Of a stretch of DNA of 64,000 bases, positions 46,974 to 56,819 are shown in pieces. Every line of letters begins with the position of its first letter. The first letter of the stretch is position 1. The notes under the pieces are model-generated. The model did no database searches, was not told the origin of the DNA, and saw nothing but the letters and a program-made list of their open reading frames with translations. Source of the stretch: Mayamaea pseudoterrestris (taxonomy: Eukaryota); the NCBI GenBank assembly GCA_027923505.1, contig BROI01000035.1:62001-126000 (forward strand), given 5' to 3'. Both the position numbers and the translations under genes were made by a program.

Positions 46974-49900
46974 ATGAGCTCGGATATGACTCGATTAACG
47001 GAAGGATTGAAGGAGGCGAGCGATGAGGGTCGGAACGACAGCAACGAAACGATGCTTTCATCGGAGGGGTCAAGTGCAGCAGCTGAGTCGTCAGTAGAGG
47101 CAGCGTTACCTTTAGATTTCTTGCAGCGACAACCAAGTGCAGCCGAAGTTTTGGAAGCCGCCTGCAATTATTCTCCTCCGACGACACGGAAAGTCAGGCG
47201 AACGAGTGGAAGACTTTATCCAAGCGTCGATCTTGATGTCGAAGGCGCTCCGAGCGAAAACACGATGAGTGACGAGGAGAAGAAGGAGTCGGCTCAGACA
47301 GACTCAAAACATTCATCAGCCATGGCGATACCTGCAACCTTTTTGACGGACGATTATGAAGTTACGAGTGATCCTTTTGCTTCCTACTCGACTGCAGACT
47401 ATACTTTCGCAACAGCAACAGCAACGTCTCAAGACATCGCCCAGCAAGATCAGTTGAATGATTACGATTCGGAAATGTTGGCCATGAAGCGGGCAGCTGC
47501 TGGCTTGGATGGCGGTGGAAATGGTTTGCAAGACGCTCCCAACCTTCTGCTGGGCGAGTCGGTGCAAGTTTATGATGAAAGGAATCGAGACTATTTTGAG
47601 CATCGAACTCGGGATTTAATAAAATTTACTGGAAGAGACTTATCTCGTGTGTCGCCCCAAGAGACTAAACAAGAGGCTATGAATTTGGCTAGGCGACAAA
47701 GGAATGGGGGCAGCTTACCGATAGAGCAAACGGCACAAGTTCTTTCAATAACTAATTTGGAACCGGTCCATCCATCGGACTTGGTGACTTTATCAGAAAA
47801 CGTGCATGCCGAATTGATCGGTCAAGATTTTTCTCGCATACAAGAGCCTACTTGTGTAGTATCATTGCCAATCATGTCCGTGCAACGTGATGAAGGGATA
47901 CTACAGGCAGATTCGGCGACGGTAGTACCTGGAACTGCCACTGAACAGACTATTGTACCTTTGCCACTTCAACAAGATGCTGCAATGGAAGCGACAGTAA
48001 TTGATAGTGCCCCAATGCCACAGAATGGCGAGGATGGGGAAGTTCCTCTATGGAAGTACTTTGACGCTGAGGAAGCTCAGGTTCTGCACGATGATGCGAC
48101 GACAACCATGTTTAGTTTGTATCAAAACCCTCATGCAGTTGCCATGACTGAGCAAGCAGAGTGTCCGACTGTTTATGAGGATGATTTGATACAACAACAT
48201 CAAGAGGCGCAAGTACTTGCTATCCAGGATGATCAATTTGCGCACCCACTGGAGCTGCTTGACAACGACGCTACGGCAGAACTGGTTGGTGAAGATTATT
48301 CGGCTGTTGCCATACAGCTTGAAGGAGAGCCTGCCATGCCAACTCAGGTCACTGCAACCATGCACAAGGGGAGTTCGAGAGACGGCAATTTACCAGAGGT
48401 GCACGCCACCCTTGTCCAACGCTCAATGAGTTCCGGCTTAATTGCAACGGCCGAAGCCGTACCTTCCACTCTTGATAGCGAACCCAGTTTGGCCATTGGA
48501 ACATCGCGTGACTTGGTTCGTCCTATTGCCACGACGCATGCCTACTCTCGAGTAACTGACCATGTCGCCTTCGACAATCGTGTTGCTTCGCAAAGTGAAC
48601 GCTCTCAATCAGACTTGCACCGCGACAGTCGATATACGAAAAAAACTTCACAAGATGCACTCCATGCTTCAGTCAAGACGTCGCCACACCATTCAGAGAC
48701 TCGAGCTCTAGCCGAAAAGACGATCGAAAGTGAAAGGTCTGACGAGTCCGTTCCTGACTGGATGCAGCTTGAAAATGCCCGCGCCCATTTCGTATCTCCG
48801 CCGCCTCCACAGCGCTTTGGAACATCAGCAGGGCCTGTCGACAGGGAAAATTCATCGCCACCGAATTCTGATCGTGTGGGCAACAGGATTGGGTCGAGCA
48901 TTGCTCGTGGCACTTCGAATGTTATGGAGTCACTTTTTGGCGAGTCAAAACCGCCTTCACTACCCGCCCTGTTGCGGAGAGGAAGCTCTGCCAACACGCC
49001 AGAAGATAGGGCGGCACAATCAGTCCGTCCTAGGACGTTGCTGCCATGGTCTGTTATATTTTCACCTTCGAGTCGTATGTGGGTTGCAACACTCCAAACG
49101 AATCAAAAGGCTCTGGACAGCAATAATGTTGCCGAAGCGAGTCGATCACTCAGAGCCTTTAGTCTTCCGACCGAGAAACAGGCTATTTGTTTGGCCAAGA
49201 GCTGGACGCCTCCACGTATGCTTCCTTTCGGTGAAGCCAAGGCGTGCCACATTGGTCAGACAAAGTTTGCATTGCTGAAGCGACCTTGTCACTGTAAGAA
49301 TTGCGGAGTAGTCGTGTGCCGAGATTGCACCGTTACATGGCCCAGCAAAATGTTGCCAGATACATACAATCGAAAAGACTCGGGAAGCTTAAACGTTTGC
49401 AAATCCTGTGACTGGTTGTGCAACGCGTTCCGACTAGCCTTACTAGAGGGTGATTTTGATCAGGCCGTTGCTCTGGTGGAGACTGGAAATATCAATATAA
49501 ATTCGCCATTTGGCAATGTCAAGGGTGAACTTTTCTTTCCTGTGCATTGCGCTGTCTTGGGTGGTAATATCCAGCTTTTACGTTGGTTGGTTGATGAACA
49601 CTGCTCGCCAATCAAGTCGCTGCGAGTGAGCGGAAAGGCGGGTCAGTCGTCCGGAAAGTACACTCCTATTGTTACGTCGAAAGGTCGATCGCTGCTGGGT
49701 ATTGCCATGGAACTAGGAAATGTCCCGATCGTTCGCTACCTTGTCGTTGAAAAGGGATTATCGCTTGGAAGCGAAAAGGATATCACGCCAGAAATGCTTG
49801 TTTCCAATCTTCAGGCAATTCTCCACTTGATTCCGGCCGATGTTGACATTTCTGCTATCGCTGCTAGGGAACAGCAGACAGCGCAGTCTCCAAACGTTTC

Positions 49901-50192
49901 AGGACAGGAGGATGGTGACAACGCTGAATCGCCTCTGCAAGACGGTAGAAGCCTGAGTCAGGAAGCCCAGAATTATGGCGCTGTCAAAAGTTATAAATCT
50001 CAGGATGAAGACGCCAGTGAAGTACAGTCTGGGAAGCACCAGGACGAGTGTGTCATATGCTTCGACAATCGCATTGACTGTGTTGCCAACCCTTGCGGGC
50101 ATCAAATCATGTGCATGCGATGCGCCTCAAACATTTCGCGCTGCCCTGTCTGCGCCTCCGAGTGCACCTTTTTAAAGGTCTATAAGCCTTAG
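46974..50192 (+). CDS. FYVE-like/ankyrin-like/RING finger protein
   Basis: KRPCHCKNCGVVVCRDC...VCKSC; FPVHCAVLGGNIQLLRWLV; C-terminal CVICFD...PCGHQIMCMRC...CPVC. Confidence 0.88.
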   Translation: MSSDMTRLTEGLKEASDEGRNDSNETMLSSEGSSAAAESSVEAALPLDFLQRQPSAAEVLEAACNYSPPTTRKVRRTSGRLYPSVDLDVEGAPSENTMSDEEKKESAQTDSKHSSAMAIPATFLTDDYEVTSDPFASYSTADYTFATATATSQDIAQQDQLNDYDSEMLAMKRAAAGLDGGGNGLQDAPNLLLGESVQVYDERNRDYFEHRTRDLIKFTGRDLSRVSPQETKQEAMNLARRQRNGGSLPIEQTAQVLSITNLEPVHPSDLVTLSENVHAELIGQDFSRIQEPTCVVSLPIMSVQRDEGILQADSATVVPGTATEQTIVPLPLQQDAAMEATVIDSAPMPQNGEDGEVPLWKYFDAEEAQVLHDDATTTMFSLYQNPHAVAMTEQAECPTVYEDDLIQQHQEAQVLAIQDDQFAHPLELLDNDATAELVGEDYSAVAIQLEGEPAMPTQVTATMHKGSSRDGNLPEVHATLVQRSMSSGLIATAEAVPSTLDSEPSLAIGTSRDLVRPIATTHAYSRVTDHVAFDNRVASQSERSQSDLHRDSRYTKKTSQDALHASVKTSPHHSETRALAEKTIESERSDESVPDWMQLENARAHFVSPPPPQRFGTSAGPVDRENSSPPNSDRVGNRIGSSIARGTSNVMESLFGESKPPSLPALLRRGSSANTPEDRAAQSVRPRTLLPWSVIFSPSSRMWVATLQTNQKALDSNNVAEASRSLRAFSLPTEKQAICLAKSWTPPRMLPFGEAKACHIGQTKFALLKRPCHCKNCGVVVCRDCTVTWPSKMLPDTYNRKDSGSLNVCKSCDWLCNAFRLALLEGDFDQAVALVETGNININSPFGNVKGELFFPVHCAVLGGNIQLLRWLVDEHCSPIKSLRVSGKAGQSSGKYTPIVTSKGRSLLGIAMELGNVPIVRYLVVEKGLSLGSEKDITPEMLVSNLQAILHLIPADVDISAIAAREQQTAQSPNVSGQEDGDNAESPLQDGRSLSQEAQNYGAVKSYKSQDEDASEVQSGKHQDECVICFDNRIDCVANPCGHQIMCMRCASNISRCPVCASECTFLKVYKP

Positions 50193-50476
50193 TTCTGCTG
50201 TTGCTCGTGAAATAGTCTTTCTTCTTGTATAATAATATGTTCACTGCGTCACGAGTACTACTTGTACGTATGCTATTGGTACAATACTGTACCGCAAGCT
50301 GTGTATACGGTACCGGTAGGGTAGCTGGACCGCTCCGTGACGTACCGGTATTCAAGCGTGACGATAACCGAAGTTGATCTTGGAAATTCGACCGCCCATA
50401 ACACAACGCACCTTTCCCATCAATTTTTCCAGACCCCACACAAGGGAAAGCATTTCTTTGTGATTAGCTTTGCAGT

Positions 50477-52078
50477 ATGTCTACCGATGAGAAAGTCCCT
50501 GTAGAAGCTACTTTGGAAGCGCCATTGACGCCCAAGAAAAAAAAGAAGGAGAAAAAGGAAACGGATGAGCGCGGAGATTCCAAGTCTCCGAAACCTCGCA
50601 AGCACGACCCTTCTGCTGCTGCAGCTGGATCAAACGATGAGAGTGTCGAAAAGTCTCCAAAGTCTCTTAAGAAAGAGAGAAAGTCAAAGAAAAAGGACAA
50701 GGAAGTAGCAGTGCAAGGCGAGATACCGCTTATCGAAGAATCTCTCAACGAGTCTAACGCATCGATTGACAAGTCCCCAAAGAAATCGAAAAAGAAGGAC
50801 AAGTCAAAGTCGCCCAAGAGTAGGAAGAAAGAAACAGTCACTGCAGTTGATGCAGCAGCAGTATTTGACGAGGAAGCTAGCAAGTTCATAAAGAAGGAGA
50901 AGAAGAAGAAAAAAAAGAAGGACAAGGCACACCACATTGATGGCAGCAACAGTGACACTAGTGAATTACTCGACACTGAGACAACTGTAGATGCATATAC
51001 TACTGCCACTGAAACTACTGGTGCGACAATGAGGGCGTGGCAGCTAGCCGCATATAATGCTGACGTTCACGCCGCAGTCGATTCTTTGAAACTGGTGGAC
51101 GTACCAATGCCGACTATTACCGACGAGAATCATGTTTTGATCAAGGTTAGTTTCGCGGCAATTAATCCAGTCGACTACAAGTTATTCAGCGGAGCTTTGC
51201 ATGGAGCTTGTCCGATTGAAACCTTTCCTTACACGCCTGGTTTCGATGTGGCTGGAATTGTCGTTGCGGTCGGAGACAACGTCTCAAAAATCAAGGTTGG
51301 CGACAAGGTCATTGCCGACATTGGCCTCGTTGAAACTTGCAAGAGTCCCGCTCCTCCACAAGGTCCTGCTGGAGCATTTGCGGAGTACGCAGTTGTTCCG
51401 CAAAACATTGTCGTGATATGCAATAACATTGAAAACTTGAAAATGGTGGCTGGACTTCCCCTCGTTGGGCTTACCGTCTATCAGGCTATGTTCACGGGCA
51501 ACAACAAGAGCTTTACCAAAAACCCGTTAGGATCACTCGAAGAATATCAGCGGATACTGATTTTGGGTGGCGCTAGTGCGACAGGTGCGCTTGCCATTCA
51601 AATGGCCAAGGCTGTTGGTGCTACGGTGGCCACTACGGCGAGTAGTGCTTCAAAGCTCAAGAACAATTCCATGACCAAGGTGGAATTTTGTAAGAGCCTG
51701 GGAGCAGACACTGTTATTGACTACACGAAGCAGGATTGGTCGGAGGAATTGAAGGATTTGGCATTTGACATGATCCTTGACTGCGTGGGGCAACCCGACG
51801 ATCCAGGCAAGGCTGCCAAGGTATTGAAGGCAGGCGGCTTGTATGTTTCCATTGCCAATTTTTCCATGGAAGGCAGGTGCGACGGGGTACGTTACGAAGG
51901 CATGCTTTTGAGAAGCAACGCGGAGGATTTACAAAAGATTATGGATATGGTGAACAACAAAAAGCTTAAGGTTCCTATTGACAGCATCTTTTCGTTCAGT
52001 GAGCTCCAGGATGCTATGAACCGACAAACGTCTGGCAAGGCGAGCGGAAAGGTGATATTGACGATTGGGGGTGAATAG
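50477..52078 (+). CDS. Zinc-independent MDR/quinone oxidoreductase-like protein with Lys-rich N-terminal extension
   Basis: VLIKVSFAAINPVDYK, PGFDVAG, ILILGGASATG, SLGADTVIDY, GKASGKVIL. Confidence 0.9.
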   Translation: MSTDEKVPVEATLEAPLTPKKKKKEKKETDERGDSKSPKPRKHDPSAAAAGSNDESVEKSPKSLKKERKSKKKDKEVAVQGEIPLIEESLNESNASIDKSPKKSKKKDKSKSPKSRKKETVTAVDAAAVFDEEASKFIKKEKKKKKKKDKAHHIDGSNSDTSELLDTETTVDAYTTATETTGATMRAWQLAAYNADVHAAVDSLKLVDVPMPTITDENHVLIKVSFAAINPVDYKLFSGALHGACPIETFPYTPGFDVAGIVVAVGDNVSKIKVGDKVIADIGLVETCKSPAPPQGPAGAFAEYAVVPQNIVVICNNIENLKMVAGLPLVGLTVYQAMFTGNNKSFTKNPLGSLEEYQRILILGGASATGALAIQMAKAVGATVATTASSASKLKNNSMTKVEFCKSLGADTVIDYTKQDWSEELKDLAFDMILDCVGQPDDPGKAAKVLKAGGLYVSIANFSMEGRCDGVRYEGMLLRSNAEDLQKIMDMVNNKKLKVPIDSIFSFSELQDAMNRQTSGKASGKVILTIGGE

Positions 52079-52247
52079 GGTGCATTAATGATATTTTTTC
52101 ATAGGTACATATAGGTCAGCTCTGTTGTGCAGAAGGAGCAAGCCAATGCGAGCGCCGATATCATGTGAGACCTCCTGGTGTACGTAGCGCAACAAATCAA
52201 ATTCAACATTTGTGTCAAATTTCAGCGGGTCAGCTACCGGTGATGAC

Positions 52248-54341
52248 TCATCGCAACGTGCTCAAGAGGGTACCAATCTCGCTTTCTGTCAAAGAAGATG
52301 CGTCTAAAAACCATTCTATTATCTCCAAAGCACTGTTTAGAGCGCCAACTCCATCGTCCATCGTATCACTTCCAACGAATGGTAGTAATGTCCTAGTGAA
52401 TGGAGGAATGTAGTACAAGTCTGGCGTCCATCGTATAGTCACATTCAAATCAATCAAGTCATTATTCGTGACGTCCATCTCGTAGAGAGCAAGCATGTCG
52501 CTCCATCCGACATGACTAAGAAGCTCGCTCAGCTGGTTGTACAATGTTTTGAATCGTTTACAATGCCCACATGTCGATGACTGGAACAGAATCATGCTGT
52601 GCTGGCCTGCAGCGGCTCCAGTAAACATGAAGTCGTGGGCATCGCCGGCCGCAATTCTGATACCCGCGTTGTTTATCCTTGGGCCGCGTGGATCGCTAAT
52701 TCGTTCAGGTTCCAGGAGCCCAGCCCAAAATTTTGCAAAATGCGTTTCTATCGCTTGCTCAGTCAACAAAACGTCCAAATAATACCTCCTAGTGCCGGCA
52801 TAACGCTGATCAGTCACAAGCAGTGATGGCAGAACGCCTGGACGAAGCATTGAATCGTTCCCGTTCGCTGATTCAAAGAGTTGCCAATCCAGCGGCCTCC
52901 GATAATCAATACCAAAGGAAGTGAGCACCCTAGTCTCCGAGCTGGTCACCACCAAGCAGACAATGTCATCATCAAAGTCTCGAATCAATCGCCGTCGTTC
53001 ATTGCCGCATACACGTTGGAAATTGCCGACAATCTGTCGCTGGTCACTGTGAAACTCGTCAATGTCCCACGTAAAAGGATCCTCAGGTATGTTGTGCGTC
53101 TCAATGAACAACACCGCGTGAACCTTGCGGAACAAGGGAAACGCAATGGGCGCCGTTAGCTGTCGGTCAAAGCCTAAAACGGATGGTGTGTTCATTTGTA
53201 AAAGTAATTGATCAAGTTGCTCCGCAGAAGTTACGGACAGGTAAGCTGGATCGGGCAACTCCCAATCGGCATTGTCCTTAAATTGTTGCACATTAATCGA
53301 GTACACTACGAGATCAAATCTTTCAGCAGCATTGTCGCATTCGTCTGTCATTAGAAACAAGAAATCTCGTCTATTCGACACGACGCGTGCAAATTGTTCG
53401 TATGTTTGTGCGTAGTTTTCGCTCTCATCCGTTTGTCGCCTGCAGTGAACAAAGACTTTCAAGTCGTCGATTCCGCCATTCGCCGACAAGAGCCATTCCA
53501 AGTATTTCATCTCCAGCGTCGTCCACTGGCCGGTCGCCGCCAGGCCAGTTCGTATTAATTGACTCTGGTAGACGGAATCCACATCCAGTAAATGCAACAA
53601 GATCTTTCGGTGCGAAAAAAGCAAGTAGTGCAGGTCGTTCAAGTTCTCAAGTCGGAAAATGTCTGACGTGACTATGTCAGCTCGGCCGACCTTTAAATGC
53701 TGTGACATTGTCTGCAATCGCCACGAGTAGTGAAGAACCGTGTCAGCAATATCTCGAGCTCTATTCGAGAGTCCATAATATTCGAGTAAAACAATCGTGG
53801 ACGTTGATAACGAGGCAGCTGATGAATCGCTGTGTTCGCTCGCTTCTGCCGTCGTTAAGAACAAAAGACTAGGTACTGTATCAATCGCCACAAGCCATTC
53901 CTCCTTTAGTTCACTAGCCAGTATTGTTCCAAAGGCAACGCTGGCATTGTATTCATAGTTAGTCGCTACGGTTTGATGGATCATAGACGCTTCCTCTACT
54001 CGTTGCATCATGACGTGGCAAGCTGGACAATGTTCGTCATAAACCATGACGAGCAACAGAAAGTTTGCACCAAACTGCGACTCGAGTAGATTGATATTTA
54101 AATGATTTGACGAGAGCACAAAAAGACCATTCGTCTTTCTGAAAGCAAAAGAATCGGTTGGGTCATGGTACAGGTTGTTGGCAGAACTGTTCGAGAGCAG
54201 AAAGTCCGCTTGGAGCTGTCGGAACTTTTCCAGCATTTCATCATCTTGCTCTTCAGTTCCAGATACTAGAATTGATTGATTCAGAAAAACGACTAGCAGG
54301 TAAAAAGTTATGCAGCGAAACCGCCAAGCAGCGGTAAGCAT
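52248..54341 (-). CDS. Thioredoxin-fold / protein disulfide isomerase-like protein
   Basis: CPAC and CGHC motifs, MDVTNND; signal-peptide-like start MLTAAWRFRCITFYLLVVFL at 54341 preferred over TTG 54566. Confidence 0.75.
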   Translation of the reverse strand: MLTAAWRFRCITFYLLVVFLNQSILVSGTEEQDDEMLEKFRQLQADFLLSNSSANNLYHDPTDSFAFRKTNGLFVLSSNHLNINLLESQFGANFLLLVMVYDEHCPACHVMMQRVEEASMIHQTVATNYEYNASVAFGTILASELKEEWLVAIDTVPSLLFLTTAEASEHSDSSAASLSTSTIVLLEYYGLSNRARDIADTVLHYSWRLQTMSQHLKVGRADIVTSDIFRLENLNDLHYLLFSHRKILLHLLDVDSVYQSQLIRTGLAATGQWTTLEMKYLEWLLSANGGIDDLKVFVHCRRQTDESENYAQTYEQFARVVSNRRDFLFLMTDECDNAAERFDLVVYSINVQQFKDNADWELPDPAYLSVTSAEQLDQLLLQMNTPSVLGFDRQLTAPIAFPLFRKVHAVLFIETHNIPEDPFTWDIDEFHSDQRQIVGNFQRVCGNERRRLIRDFDDDIVCLVVTSSETRVLTSFGIDYRRPLDWQLFESANGNDSMLRPGVLPSLLVTDQRYAGTRRYYLDVLLTEQAIETHFAKFWAGLLEPERISDPRGPRINNAGIRIAAGDAHDFMFTGAAAGQHSMILFQSSTCGHCKRFKTLYNQLSELLSHVGWSDMLALYEMDVTNNDLIDLNVTIRWTPDLYYIPPFTRTLLPFVGSDTMDDGVGALNSALEIIEWFLDASSLTESEIGTLLSTLR

Positions 54342-54554
54342 GTTTGGACGAGGAATGCACGTCGCACGCCTGCCTGAGAGATTGAGATTCTTCCACTTTA
54401 TATCAGCCCGCACTTTGTCGTCTCCTTGCTTGTTAACAACACCCTTGCAGATATGAAGGTAAGGTTGCCGGTTGAAAGACGTGCATTGCAGAGGCGCTCG
54501 ATGCACCATGATGTTTTCGTTCACTGGGTCTTTGGCAGTCAAATTGTTGTGGAT

Positions 54555-54775
54555 ACTACGCCACAAGGCAATAGTATGAAACGAGTGCCAGTGTCAATTA
54601 CGTCACAAGGCAATAGTATGAAACGAGTGCCAGTGTCAATTACGCCATAAGGCAATAGTACGAAACGAGTGCCAGTGAAAACTGCGTCTCAAGGCATTAT
54701 TACGAAACGAGTGCCAGTGAAAACTACGTCACAAAGGCAATACTACGAAACAAGTGCCAGTGAAAACTGCGTCAT
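54555..54775 (+). repeat. 42-bp tandem repeat array, about 5 units
   Basis: AAGGC anchors at 54565, 54607, 54649, 54691, 54734. Confidence 0.95.
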
Positions 54776-54887
54776 CAAACGAGGACCATCGCGATCTCGA
54801 AACATCAACGCCATGAGCCATGACAATTCATCGCTCATCCTTAGCTCCTTCGATATGATGTTTACTGCTTATATGATCCTTTAATTA

Positions 54888-55637
54888 ATGACCCTATTGG
54901 TAGCATTGAGAACCAGCAGCGCCTTTTCGTCAATGTTGACTGTTCAAAATAGCACGACGATTGCAGCCAGAAGGCCCAGAAGCCAGAGCTTCACGAGACT
55001 CGCATCACTCGTCTCGGCAGCAGCGGCGTCGCGGAACTTCCAGACTCAGGACGCAGCAGAGCGCGCCGCTCAAGCGACATCGGCCTACTACAAAGCCATG
55101 GGTCAACCAACTAGCTGGTGTCGAGTTGATTTTGACGCAAGTATTGGTGATTAAACTTACAGTCTCCTAAAGATGTCAACTGAATTTATGCACCAATATG
55201 ATTCGGTGACTTGTTATGCACTATGGAGCGACGACAGGAAGAATTTATGCAGGCAGCCAAGGTACGAGCAGAGCAGCTGCGATAAGTCAAATTGGATGCG
55301 CAGGAGCCATATGCTGTCGAGGGCGACAAACGTGAGGAACTTGCAACTTGCACCAAATGTTTTCACATTATCATTGAGTCCAGAGATTTCAGTTGGTACC
55401 GAACGATGGAATGGCCCAATTGCTCGTATATACTTTCCGGATGATGGAAATGCAGCACTTGCTCGAAGAGATTGGCTGCTGGGATCTGGAGCTGACGCTA
55501 TGATTCCAGCCTGCTGCCAATTCTCATCTTGTGGAGGAGTCCAGTCTCAAGACATCTCCAAGGATGAAATCATTTTCTTCTTTTGTCCCAATGCCGCTGA
55601 AGGAGACTCGTGGACTTTCTATCTTTTCTTTCTGTGA
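54888..55637 (+). pseudogene. Interrupted plastid-targeted DUF1995-like gene
   Basis: SSA-F presequence; [21 protein letters not shown] with in-frame TAA 55152-55154; [16 protein letters not shown]; appears C-terminally truncated. Confidence 0.6.
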
Positions 55638-55811
55638 CCATGATCAGCGACGAGCCTTGAATGAAAGGAAATTGCACGCTGTCTACACGGTTAGTCGCGG
55701 AAACGGACCGTGAGAAACAAGCATGATGGTCGGCCGGCAAATGCATCTACAAGGTACTGCATCTTTTAATAAAGTCGAAAATTTACTAGTTTAACAAGCA
55801 CCTACTTTGCT

Positions 55812-56693
55812 TTAGAGCGTCAAGGGAACAATCCCAATGCGTGAATCCTCCTCGTCCTTGTTTACGGACCACAAGACACCAGTGAACTCCATGGCGATTT
55901 CATCCTCGTCCATAAACTGAACCTTCGTGCTTGCCTTTGCGGGAGAGTTATAGTTTCTTGACGACTCTTGCTCGATTGATTGGAGACTATTCAATATCGT
56001 TGTTGCGTCTGCAGGAGCATTGCTGCCTTGTTTCGCGTGCGTAAAGCGTTCAGGCAACAATATGACGCGTTCCTCCCGTTGATCGGCTGGCGAGTCGCTG
56101 ACCAGAGCACACTTTATTTGCGCGTCAAAAACAAGCTTATCGCCCCCTTCCAGAGTTGCGTTCGTCATCTCGTTAACGGCAGTTCGTGTCTCCGTCACGC
56201 TTGCCAGCGGCACAATGTTTCGCGACGAATGCTGCTGTATCGTTCCCAGTGCTTGCTTTTTCCATACAGCCATTTTACTCGTCTCTGACTCACTTTGCTG
56301 AATAAACTGGCCGCCCTCTTCCGAATCGTTGGCATAAAGACGACCACGACTTGTGTCGAGCACGTCCGACATCTGCGACCTTTCCGTCGATGCAGACACG
56401 ATCGACGATGAGCTTGTCAAAGTCAGGACTAGGGAACCCATCCGAGATGGGGTACCGGTACTGCTCGTCTCTTCGACCAACGCAGCTGCCGAAGATGTTT
56501 CAACTGACCTACTGCAAGGCGGCTGTGGAGTGTCACGGTCCAATCTATTGAGCCGATTATTTCGCCGGTCTGCATCCTTCTTCCGCGCCTGCATGACCCA
56601 TCGATAATGGTATAGTAGTGCCGATAGAATGACAATTATAGCGACTGTTGTGCCAATGATAATGAACCGACTTGCTTGTTTGGTAGACAACAT
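55812..56693 (-). CDS. Hypothetical protein with N-terminal TM helix
   Basis: FIIIGTTVAIIVILSALLY followed by Ser-rich region; first ATG 56693. Confidence 0.65.
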   Translation of the reverse strand: MLSTKQASRFIIIGTTVAIIVILSALLYHYRWVMQARKKDADRRNNRLNRLDRDTPQPPCSRSVETSSAAALVEETSSTGTPSRMGSLVLTLTSSSSIVSASTERSQMSDVLDTSRGRLYANDSEEGGQFIQQSESETSKMAVWKKQALGTIQQHSSRNIVPLASVTETRTAVNEMTNATLEGGDKLVFDAQIKCALVSDSPADQREERVILLPERFTHAKQGSNAPADATTILNSLQSIEQESSRNYNSPAKASTKVQFMDEDEIAMEFTGVLWSVNKDEEDSRIGIVPLTL

Positions 56694-56819
56694 GACCACT
56701 CGCTTCCTTACTAGCCTCCTCACGATATGGAATCAGCAGATGGATGTCCGCTAACAATTTGCATCCTTGGCGAGCGTGACTTTATGGCGTGGAAATGTTA
56801 AGCTTCGAGGTCGGTACAT

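Noticed and set aside
54342..54566. N-terminal extension of the PDI-like ORF
   Set aside because: Begins at a TTG inside the repeat array; a signal-peptide-like ATG start exists at 54341
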